A DNA stretch of 64,000 nt from an uncultured Clostridia bacterium (GTDB lineage: Bacteria > Bacillota > Clostridia > Christensenellales > Borkfalkiaceae): NCBI GenBank assembly GCA_934271265.1, contig CAKQRE010000016.1, positions 21,135 through 85,134 of the forward strand, written 5' to 3'. Shown here piece after piece: positions 35,326 through 43,905 of this stretch (the first letter of the stretch is position 1; each line of letters begins with the position of its first letter). The position numbers were made by a program, and so were the translations under genes. Under the pieces are notes generated by a model. It made no database searches. It saw only the letters and a list, made by a program, of their open reading frames with translations, and was not told the DNA's origin.

Positions 35326-35433
35326 ATATTTTCCCGATAGGCTTGGCGTTTGCCGTCGCCGACTCATTTATTTGCGTGCGAGATCCTGCCCGACCGATCT
35401 GCCTGCGGCAGACGGCGAGGGGATTCCGCGAGA

Positions 35434-35675
35434 TAAAAAGCCGCCTTTCCTCGGGACGATCCCGATGAAAAGACGGCAAATAAACTTGCGTGGTTCCACT
35501 TTTCTTTTAAGCCGGAAGGCTTTCTCGTTTTCGCCGGTAACGGAGCGACCCGTGGGTGATTAACCCCTCTTGACACCGGAACGCACTTTCCGTTTCCATT
35601 CGTCGGGCTTTCACCTGCCGCCCACTCTCTGCACCATGAAAAACGTACTCTTTTCCGGAACGATTTGATTCAATT
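35434..35675 (-). promoter_or_regulatory. T-box leader (Cys specifier UGC) of cysE-cysS
   Basis: RNA sense: stem I CAGAGAG...GGUGAAAG, specifier region GAAAGUGCG, T-box AAAAGUGGAACCACGC. The terminator GCCGUCUUUUC...GGAAAGGCGGC is followed by UUUUU (35434-35477). Confidence 0.75.
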
Positions 35676-35681
35676 TTCTTT

Positions 35682-35710
35682 ATTTTACCACATCTGTCCG
35701 GAAAAAGCAA
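35682..35710 (-). promoter_or_regulatory. candidate promoter of the T-box leader
   Basis: Minus strand: TTGCTT, 17-nt spacer, TAAAAT. Confidence 0.45.
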
Positions 35711-35808
35711 TGATTTTCGGGTCTCTGTTTTCGTTTTGTTCTTTTTCCGCGTTCACGCTTTATATTATGCGGAAAATTTGCTTTTTGATCCTTTTTTGCC
35801 GTACGGAC

Positions 35809-38055
35809 TTAAAGATCCGCCTCCGATTTTTCGGAAATTCCGAACTCAAGGTTTCCGTCGATCGTTTTTTCCTGCCCGTCGTGCCTGAATACACAATGAA
35901 ACCCTTGATTTTTCACGGTTATCTTGATACGCCCGGATCGCCTTTTCCATTTTATAGAAATGCTTTTTCCGTTACGACTATAGGATATTTCCGCGCGATC
36001 GACGCCGTTAAAAAACGTCGGGATAATTTCCACGGTATCCGCCGATCTCACGGCAAGCCAGCCTATATAGCGATAAATCCATGCCAGAACGCCGCCCCAG
36101 AAATGATGATTGAACGAGAGAATGCGTTCGACCCCGTCTTTTCGCGTCAATCTGCCGTTTACGCGCTCGTATTCTTCGAAACCTTCCCAAAGCGTGGTCG
36201 CACCGCAATCGATAAGATAGCCGTATGAGGGAAAACTCTTTTGCGTGATCAATTTGAAGCACAGATCTCCGTTTCCCTTCTTTACGAGCACGTCGAATAA
36301 ATACCGATACCCGATCACGCCGACGCGGAAATGGTCGTTTTGCTTTCCGATCTCGTCAAGCAGCGTTGCATAGGCTTCTCGCTCTTCTTCGGCGTTAAAA
36401 ATATTCAACTGCAAACACATGGCAAGCGCGGTCTGCGTTTTAACGGTCAATTGCCCGTTTTCGATATATTTTTTTCTGAAACTGTCTTTTAAACGTCTGC
36501 CGAATCGTTCCGTATCTTCGGCGTTCCGACCGATCGCGAAAAACATTTCGGCTGTTTTCTGCGCGAGATCGATCATTGTGAGGCTATCGGTAACTTCCAA
36601 GGGGGTTTCATATGCCCATTCCGTATTTGTATACGTCTGACACCAGTCGCCAAGCCCTATATCCACAAGCCCGTCTTTATTCAGGCGGGTTTTGATATAC
36701 GCGAAATATTTTCCGATCGCATCGGCGTTTTCTTCGACGATCTCTTTTTTTCCGTAAAAGCGGTATAACCGGTAGGGCAATTCGATCAGAACGCTATCCC
36801 AGGCGGGACCGTTTCCGAATTGGAATCCCCAGCCTGCCGTAGGAATGATCCCGGGCAGGGCGCCGTCGTTACGTTGCGCTTTTCTGATACAAAACAGCCA
36901 CTGCCTCAGGCTGTCGTATGCGTCGAACGTATACAACATTTGCTCTGCGGATAACGACGCGTCCGCCGTCCAGCCGTTTTTTTCGCGGTGAGGGCAATCA
37001 TACGGATAATACATAAAATTGCTTTCGTCGCTGCGGAGCGTGATTTCGACCAGTTTGTTTATCGTTTCGTTATCGCAATTGAAATCGCACTTTTTCCCGA
37101 TCGCGGAATGCGTCGGGATAAAAGTCAAAGTTTCTTTCGTTGCCTGTTCGTCCGTGATCCCGCGGATCTCCGCATAACGAAATCCGTGCCAGGTAAAACT
37201 CGGCTTATACTCCTGTATTCCTTCTTTAGCGACGTAAACGTCGTGCTGAACGTATTCGCGATCGCTCTTCTCAAACGATATGCTGCGCGGATCAACGCCG
37301 TTATCGTCTATAACTTCGGCAAAATACAAGTCGAGTCTCTGACCCTTTTTCGCGTTTATTTTAAGGTGAGGGATACCTGTATCGTTTACGCCGAAATCAT
37401 AGAGATACCCTTTTTCGGTTTTCGTGACGGATACCGCCTTTCTTTCCGCAAATTCTTCGATCGGCTGCGTTCTGTTTTTAACGATATCGCCCTTCGGCGG
37501 ATCGACCGCTACGGGTTTATGAAAACCGACGACCGATACGCTTGTCAGAACGTTTTCGATCTCCAGGTTGGCGTCGTAACGTTCTCCGCAGCGGAAATCG
37601 TCGAACGTGATCGGAGAATCCACGACAAGGAAATCCTCGTCGCTCCCGATCGCTTTTTTACCGTTTGCCGTTAATTCCAATGAGAATTTCGGCGCCGAAC
37701 GATAGGTTGCCGTTTCGTTTTGCCAGATATCGAAATCGTTGTTGTCGATAAAACCGTTGCCGAGCAAAACGCAAAGCACGTTGTCCTTTTCCTTCAGTTG
37801 ATCGGTCACGTCGTACGTATCGTAGAACACGACTTCGTCGGGGTTGCTCAGGTAGGGTGAAAATTTCCCGGCGTTAAGCTCTTTCCCGTTTAGGAATAAA
37901 CGATACAAACCGACCGCGGTTATTTTTATTTCGCTTTTGCCGCCGCACGGGGCGAAATCGAAAACGCGCTTGAAGAGAGGGGCGTTCACGTGTTTTTCTA
38001 TTCTGTTAAATTCGTTGCTTTTCGCTAAAAACATAGGATTTTTATTTTTTTGCAT
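35809..38055 (-). CDS. GH78-family alpha-L-rhamnosidase-like glycoside hydrolase
   Basis: N-terminal ...APLFKRVFDF...ITAVGLYRLFLNGKEL pattern and 748-aa length are typical of bacterial alpha-L-rhamnosidases. Confidence 0.75.
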   Translation of the reverse strand: MQKNKNPMFLAKSNEFNRIEKHVNAPLFKRVFDFAPCGGKSEIKITAVGLYRLFLNGKELNAGKFSPYLSNPDEVVFYDTYDVTDQLKEKDNVLCVLLGNGFIDNNDFDIWQNETATYRSAPKFSLELTANGKKAIGSDEDFLVVDSPITFDDFRCGERYDANLEIENVLTSVSVVGFHKPVAVDPPKGDIVKNRTQPIEEFAERKAVSVTKTEKGYLYDFGVNDTGIPHLKINAKKGQRLDLYFAEVIDDNGVDPRSISFEKSDREYVQHDVYVAKEGIQEYKPSFTWHGFRYAEIRGITDEQATKETLTFIPTHSAIGKKCDFNCDNETINKLVEITLRSDESNFMYYPYDCPHREKNGWTADASLSAEQMLYTFDAYDSLRQWLFCIRKAQRNDGALPGIIPTAGWGFQFGNGPAWDSVLIELPYRLYRFYGKKEIVEENADAIGKYFAYIKTRLNKDGLVDIGLGDWCQTYTNTEWAYETPLEVTDSLTMIDLAQKTAEMFFAIGRNAEDTERFGRRLKDSFRKKYIENGQLTVKTQTALAMCLQLNIFNAEEEREAYATLLDEIGKQNDHFRVGVIGYRYLFDVLVKKGNGDLCFKLITQKSFPSYGYLIDCGATTLWEGFEEYERVNGRLTRKDGVERILSFNHHFWGGVLAWIYRYIGWLAVRSADTVEIIPTFFNGVDRAEISYSRNGKSISIKWKRRSGRIKITVKNQGFHCVFRHDGQEKTIDGNLEFGISEKSEADL

Positions 38056-38156
38056 ATAAATGCCGGAACCGGACGTCCGGTTTCTCTTATCCGGTCATAC
38101 GTTGCCGGGGCGGAGATCCCCGCGTTTTCAAAGCGATCCGGACGATCTCTTGGTCG

Positions 38157-38882
38157 CTATTTCGTGAGCATTGTTTTTACCAGTTCGTAAGCGAACAGAT
38201 AGTGCATATCGCTGTCGGGGTGGTTGAGTTTATTCGCGAGAAGTTCGGTCACGTTCACTCCGCATTCGGACAGGTTTTTCCACAGCGAATAGCAATCGCA
38301 CACCGTAACCTTGTTTTCTTTCGCCGCAGAGATTCCCGCCTCGATATACTTGTCCAGAAGTCCGTTTTTCATTCTGGACGCAAAATCTTCGGCAAACCCT
38401 TTAAACGCCTCGACCTTAAGTTTGGGGCTGACGTTATAGTTCATGGTATTCGGCGTCATATAAATACATTCCGCGCCGAACCGGTTGATTTCCGAAAAAA
38501 TACGATCCAGGGCGGATCTGTATCCGGAAACGCCATTTTCTCCGTCTCCGCTGTCGTTAAGACCGAAACATACGACCACAAGATCCGGAGCGTACGACAA
38601 AACGTCTCTTTCGAGGCGGTTCAGCCCCGTGCGTGCGCTGCCGCCGCTGATGCCTGCGTTTATAACGGCGATCGGAACGGAAGGGTATAATTTGTTCAGT
38701 ATTTTCTTTACTTTTTCGCAATATGCCTGTCCGGGGAAAAAGTCCGTTTCCATTCCGCCCGGAACGGGTTCGTAACAATCGAAACAGCCTTGCGTAACGC
38801 TATCGCCCAGAAATGCCAGGGTGATCGGTTTTCTTGCGTACAGATCGCTTTGTTTTTCTTTGATTTTATCTACTATTTTCAT
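38157..38882 (-). CDS. SGNH/GDSL hydrolase (esterase)
   Basis: Start MKIVDKI. Block I FLGDSVTQG, block III GLND, C-terminal DxxH (DSDMH). Confidence 0.75.
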   Translation of the reverse strand: MKIVDKIKEKQSDLYARKPITLAFLGDSVTQGCFDCYEPVPGGMETDFFPGQAYCEKVKKILNKLYPSVPIAVINAGISGGSARTGLNRLERDVLSYAPDLVVVCFGLNDSGDGENGVSGYRSALDRIFSEINRFGAECIYMTPNTMNYNVSPKLKVEAFKGFAEDFASRMKNGLLDKYIEAGISAAKENKVTVCDCYSLWKNLSECGVNVTELLANKLNHPDSDMHYLFAYELVKTMLTK

Positions 38883-38940
38883 GATTTTATCCTCTTGCCG
38901 GCGAGTGCCGGATCTATGATGATTTATTGATCGGATCCCG

Positions 38941-40197
38941 TCAGTTCTCCGAAACGATTTCGCGATATTCCGAGTTGGAATCTCTGAGAAGCCGTAAAAT
39001 ATACTGTCCGCGCTCTTCGTTTTCGCTGAAGCTGTGCTCGGTCTCCATGGTTTTATCGTAGTTCCAGGCAAACGACAGCTGAACCCTCGTTGCCATCATG
39101 GTTCTGAACATTTCGGACAATTTCGCATACTTTTCCTCGACGGTATCCCCCTGATCGGCATCCGAGGCAAGCACGGAGAATTCCCCTACCATATAAGCTT
39201 TTCCCAGACTTCTGTACTTTTCGACGGAGTTTTTCATAAGTTCGTAAAGGGATAATTCCTTGTCCGCCAATTGATATTCGAAAATATAATTATGCTCGGA
39301 AACGACGTCCATTTTGCCGGGGGCGAAGTCTATGTTCATCTGATGGTGCTGTTCCTCGGTATCCACGAAAGAGAAGGTCCCCGTGGTATGCTGAGCGTAT
39401 TGCGTGGTTCTCAGAATGGCGTTTCCGTTCGAGATCATTCTGCCGTGGGGATCGTTTTTCGCAACGATGTCCGCAAATTCTTCAAACACTTCGATCGCGT
39501 TGCCGGACGTAAGCATCATGCCTTCGGCGTCTTCTTTGCTCATGCCTTCGGCGTCCATCCAGAACTGCGGCCAAAGATCGCAGACGTTATTGACTTCGTT
39601 TCCGAATTCCCAACCGAAAACGGCTTTGCTGTTTTTTAAAAGATTGACGATCTCCGCCGTGTATTCTCTCATGTACCGGCGGGTCTTGCTGTCCTTGTCT
39701 CCCCATGCGATCAACGGCTCGCCATACAGATCCGGAACGCATCTTATATTCCAGAACAGGCTTGGCAGAAGACCGATGTTCAGGGCTTCCGCTTTATCGA
39801 CTATCGCCTTAAGGATCTTTAAAGATTCCTCTTTGTACGTCCCCGACAGATAGGTCATTTCTTTGGCGTAGAACACGCCGCAGTTGAAACGTATGACGGG
39901 TACGCCGTATTCTTTCATGGTTTCGAGCATCGCAAACGGGATCTCGGTGCTGAAATTATCGTGCAGCCCTTTGTTGAACAGACTGTAACAGTTTGCGCCG
40001 ATCCCGTAGAAGGGGGCGCCGTTCAGGGTCATGACTCCGTTTTCGACTCGTAACCCGTAGTTTTCGTTCTGTTCCCAATAATTCGTTTTGGTTTCCATGG
40101 GGGTCGACTCCTTACCGGTTTCGCCTGAGTTTGCCGAGCACGACGTGAACGTGATTGCCGAAACGACGGCGACGATCAGCGATAATATTTTTTTCAT
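38941..40197 (-). CDS. clan GH-A (GH5-like) glycoside hydrolase lipoprotein
   Basis: Lipobox TFTSC. WEFGNE acid/base-like motif. 418 aa. Confidence 0.6.
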   Translation of the reverse strand: MKKILSLIVAVVSAITFTSCSANSGETGKESTPMETKTNYWEQNENYGLRVENGVMTLNGAPFYGIGANCYSLFNKGLHDNFSTEIPFAMLETMKEYGVPVIRFNCGVFYAKEMTYLSGTYKEESLKILKAIVDKAEALNIGLLPSLFWNIRCVPDLYGEPLIAWGDKDSKTRRYMREYTAEIVNLLKNSKAVFGWEFGNEVNNVCDLWPQFWMDAEGMSKEDAEGMMLTSGNAIEVFEEFADIVAKNDPHGRMISNGNAILRTTQYAQHTTGTFSFVDTEEQHHQMNIDFAPGKMDVVSEHNYIFEYQLADKELSLYELMKNSVEKYRSLGKAYMVGEFSVLASDADQGDTVEEKYAKLSEMFRTMMATRVQLSFAWNYDKTMETEHSFSENEERGQYILRLLRDSNSEYREIVSEN

Positions 40198-40308
40198 CTT
40201 TTTCTCCTGTTCCCGTTATTTGTCGTCTCCGATCAGAAGCTCTTCCGGCGGGATCTTTGATTTTCCGCCGTAAGAACGGTCGATGACGATAAATTACGGG
40301 TATATCAA

Positions 40309-41187
40309 TTATTTTTTTGTTTTCGTTGTTCCCTCCGGTTCTCTCCGGCGGGAGTATTCCCTGGGCGCGCATCCGTAATGAGCCCGGAACGCTTTATAAA
40401 AATAACTCAGGGAAGAGTAACCGACCTTTGACGCGACGTCCAGAGTGGAAAGGTTGCTGTTTCTCAGTAAAAACGCCGCGTATTTTATTTTGACCCTGAC
40501 GAAATAATTGTTGAGCGTCATCCCTAATTCCTGTTTGAAAAGCCTGTTGATATGCACCTGCGAAAAGGGGATATCCCTGCATATTTCCTGAAGGGATAAG
40601 GGCATGTTTTCCACGGAATTCAGTTTTGCTATCAGCTTTTTTATTTCGGGAGAACCCTGTTGGCGAAGGGAAGCGATCTCGTTGTGATTCTGTTCGAGAT
40701 AATACTGGAAATAAACGAATTTCAATGCGTCCAGCGTTAAAAATTTGATCGTGACTTCCTTCAGCGGCTCTTCGCCGTTCAGAAAGAGTTTATCGATCAG
40801 TTTCGTGAAACTTTTATACTGATAGTTGCTCAGGTGAATGCACAGGTTGTCCGTCGTGTTTTGTAAAAAGCAATAAAAATCAGCTCCTATCAGGTTGGTG
40901 ACGATCTCCATTTTTTCCTTGGTCAGCATGATATTCAGGAACTGAGCTTCCTGCCCGTCGCTTTTGTAAAAAACGTGAACGTCATCGGGGCGTACGATGA
41001 ACATATCGCTTTTTTTCAGAACGCATTCCCTGTCGTTTATATATTGGATCATCGTCCCTTCCGTAACGATAAAGATCTCCCAATAATTATGCGTGTGCAA
41101 ATCATTATATAAAGCGTTGAAATAATGGAAGTCTACGCCGGATTCGGGAGACGAGAAATCCGAATGGTAATCGCAGAAGCGAATCAT
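40309..41187 (-). CDS. AraC-family transcriptional regulator
   Basis: Start MIRFCDY with RBS GGAGG. Cupin-like N-terminus and a C-terminal double HTH (...VASKVGYSSLSYFYKAFRAHYGCAPREY). Confidence 0.85.
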   Translation of the reverse strand: MIRFCDYHSDFSSPESGVDFHYFNALYNDLHTHNYWEIFIVTEGTMIQYINDRECVLKKSDMFIVRPDDVHVFYKSDGQEAQFLNIMLTKEKMEIVTNLIGADFYCFLQNTTDNLCIHLSNYQYKSFTKLIDKLFLNGEEPLKEVTIKFLTLDALKFVYFQYYLEQNHNEIASLRQQGSPEIKKLIAKLNSVENMPLSLQEICRDIPFSQVHINRLFKQELGMTLNNYFVRVKIKYAAFLLRNSNLSTLDVASKVGYSSLSYFYKAFRAHYGCAPREYSRRREPEGTTKTKK

Positions 41188-41393
41188 GTTGCTTCCTCCA
41201 AGGGGTTGATTCCGGGTAAAAGCAAGCCTGCTGTTTACGATTTCAATTATAGCACAATCGCATGCGGATAAACAATAATAGAGAATGGGTAAATTCGAAA
41301 ATGATAAAATAAAGCAAAAGATTGAAATCATAACGCAAGACATTTCACATTTATTGTGATATAATTCAAAACAGAAAAAACGAGAGGAACTTT

Positions 41394-43817
41394 ATGAGTA
41401 AGATTGTTTTGTCGGATTGGACCTTAGACGTCGACGGTGGGAGTATATCGGTAAAAGTCCCGGGGGATGTAATAAACGACCTTACTCAAAGCGGTATCAT
41501 AGAGGATTGCCTGTACGGCGATAATTACAAAAAGGCACTTTGGGTGCACGATCGCGATTGGTTGTATTCCGTAAACTTCGAACTGTCGGAAGAAGATCTG
41601 AAGGAAGAGACCCTTACGGTAACTTTCGACAGCGTAGATACTTTTTCCGAAGTGTATCTGAACGGAAAAGAGGTCGGAAAAACGGATAATATGTTCCGTT
41701 CCTTCACTTTCGATATCAAATCCGCGGCGGTCAAAGGCGTCAACAGGTTATCGGTGAAGCTTATTTCTATAAGGAAAAAAGAAAAAGAACTGCATAACGA
41801 CAAGTATTTTGCGTGTTTTTCGACGGACAGGATCTTCATCAGAAAGCCTCAGTGCCATTTCGGCTGGGACTGGGCGCCGAATTTCCCGGGTACCGGCATT
41901 TGCGGCAGAGTGACCGTTTGCGCTTCGCCCCGGGGAAAGATATCCGGGGTGCAGATCCTTACGGATAATTCGGGCGCGGTATCCTTTATCGTGGAAACGG
42001 ATTATAATAACCGCAATCCGGGAGAGAAAAAGATCGAGGGCGACGAGATCGTCGTGAAAACGGAGCGCGCCCCCGGCTTCGGTTTAAATAACGCAATCGA
42101 AAAAAAAGCGATCGTCTTCGGCGACAAAAACCTTCTGAACCTATATGTGGACGACGTAGAACTGTGGTATCCGAACGGATACGGCGATCAGCCGTTGTAC
42201 GCATACGAAATTTCCCTTGTGAGAAACGGCGTTACGATCGATCGGAAAACGGGAAAATATGCGTTCAGGAAATTAGAGGTAAGAGAAACTCCGTGCGGGG
42301 ACAGACGCCGTTTCGATATTTATTGCAACGATACGAGGATCAGGGTGATCGGTTCGAACTGGGTTCCCGCGTCGATGTTCACCGGGCTGATCGATCATGA
42401 CAGATACCGGAAGTTGTTGCGGATCGCAAAGAATGCCGGATTCGATATGCTGAGGGTATGGGGCGGCGGACTTTACGAAAAGGATGACTTTTACGATCTT
42501 TGCGACGAATACGGGATCATGATCTGGCAGGATTTCATGTTTTCCTGCAGCATTATTCCGGACGATCAGCATTGGTTCGAGCAGGCGTTGGAGCCGGAAC
42601 TGAGAGAGCAGATCATGCGTCTTCGCAATCATCCGTCGATCGCGGTCTGGTGCGGCGGAAACGAAATGACGAATTGCTTCCGCTATAGTTATCCCGGTTA
42701 CGGAATGCACGTGTCGCACGTGATCCTTCCCGGGCTTTGCTATGAACTTGACGGGACGAGAAAATACGTATGGGACTCTCCGTATTCCTGTACCGGGATC
42801 GGAAACGACGTTACGAGCGGGGACTGTCACAACGCCACGCTTACCGGCGCGACCGTAGAGGATATGCTGGCATACCGCGAACAGCAATGGGGAAAAGAAA
42901 ACAATTTCGACACGGAATGCGCCGTTCTCGGGATGTGCAGACCGCGCAGTTTCAGGAAATTCATGCCGAAGGATAAGATCTGGCCTCAGAACGAAGTGTG
43001 GGAGGATCGCCTTTCGTGCAATCCGTATGACGAATACATAGCGTCGTTCACGGAAAGGATCAATTTATCGGTCAACGCGCTTTTCGGCGGATACGACGAT
43101 TTTTACGATTATACGAAAAAGTCTATGACCGTACACGCGGAAGTGCTGAAGGACGAGATAAAGTATTACAGATCGTTTGAATTCAACACGGGTCTGATGA
43201 ACTGGATGTTCAACGATATATGGGGAAATTCGACCTGGGCGGTCGTCGACTATTATCTTGAAAAAAAGCCTGCGTATTACGCAATGAAGCGGGCTGGCAG
43301 ACGGCAGGGCTTGGGTATCGTTTACAGGAAGGACGGGTATTTTATCTCCGTGGTAAACGATTGTAAAACGGAATGGAGCGGAACCCTTCGTTTCTCGCAC
43401 CGGAGTTTGGACGGGAAAATTTACGATCGGTCTGAACGCACGATAACTTTGGCTCCGTTTACTCAGCAGAACATACCGATCTCGTTTGATAAAACGATCA
43501 GGGATTCTTTCCTGTACGTCGAGTTCGGCGGCGAATGCGACGTTTATTTTTACGATATGTGGAAGGACAAGCGGTTCCGGACGGATCTGAGCGTCGATAA
43601 GAAGGTAAAAGGAAACGTTGCCGACGTGACCGTAAAGGCGAACGAGTTTGCGAGAATGGTTTTCATAGATCTTCCGGACGGGGTTTTATGCGATATGGAG
43701 GACAATTATTTCGATCTGCCGAAAGGGGAGCAGAAAACCGTTCGTATCGTTGCGGACAGGGAGATCGCCGAGCGGGATATCACCGTCAGGACGTTTGCGG
43801 ACGAATGGAGCGAATAA
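41394..43817 (+). CDS. GH2-family beta-mannosidase-like glycoside hydrolase
   Basis: 807 aa. N-terminal W.L....VPG.V..DL pattern. WQDFMF and GGNE catalytic-region motifs. Confidence 0.75.
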   Translation: MSKIVLSDWTLDVDGGSISVKVPGDVINDLTQSGIIEDCLYGDNYKKALWVHDRDWLYSVNFELSEEDLKEETLTVTFDSVDTFSEVYLNGKEVGKTDNMFRSFTFDIKSAAVKGVNRLSVKLISIRKKEKELHNDKYFACFSTDRIFIRKPQCHFGWDWAPNFPGTGICGRVTVCASPRGKISGVQILTDNSGAVSFIVETDYNNRNPGEKKIEGDEIVVKTERAPGFGLNNAIEKKAIVFGDKNLLNLYVDDVELWYPNGYGDQPLYAYEISLVRNGVTIDRKTGKYAFRKLEVRETPCGDRRRFDIYCNDTRIRVIGSNWVPASMFTGLIDHDRYRKLLRIAKNAGFDMLRVWGGGLYEKDDFYDLCDEYGIMIWQDFMFSCSIIPDDQHWFEQALEPELREQIMRLRNHPSIAVWCGGNEMTNCFRYSYPGYGMHVSHVILPGLCYELDGTRKYVWDSPYSCTGIGNDVTSGDCHNATLTGATVEDMLAYREQQWGKENNFDTECAVLGMCRPRSFRKFMPKDKIWPQNEVWEDRLSCNPYDEYIASFTERINLSVNALFGGYDDFYDYTKKSMTVHAEVLKDEIKYYRSFEFNTGLMNWMFNDIWGNSTWAVVDYYLEKKPAYYAMKRAGRRQGLGIVYRKDGYFISVVNDCKTEWSGTLRFSHRSLDGKIYDRSERTITLAPFTQQNIPISFDKTIRDSFLYVEFGGECDVYFYDMWKDKRFRTDLSVDKKVKGNVADVTVKANEFARMVFIDLPDGVLCDMEDNYFDLPKGEQKTVRIVADREIAERDITVRTFADEWSE

Positions 43818-43905
43818 ATCGTTTCGCAACGACGATTTTCGTTTTTAACTTCGGAAAAAATATCTGTCGATATTTTTAAACTCATTTTTTAAGGAGGATT
43901 GTTTG

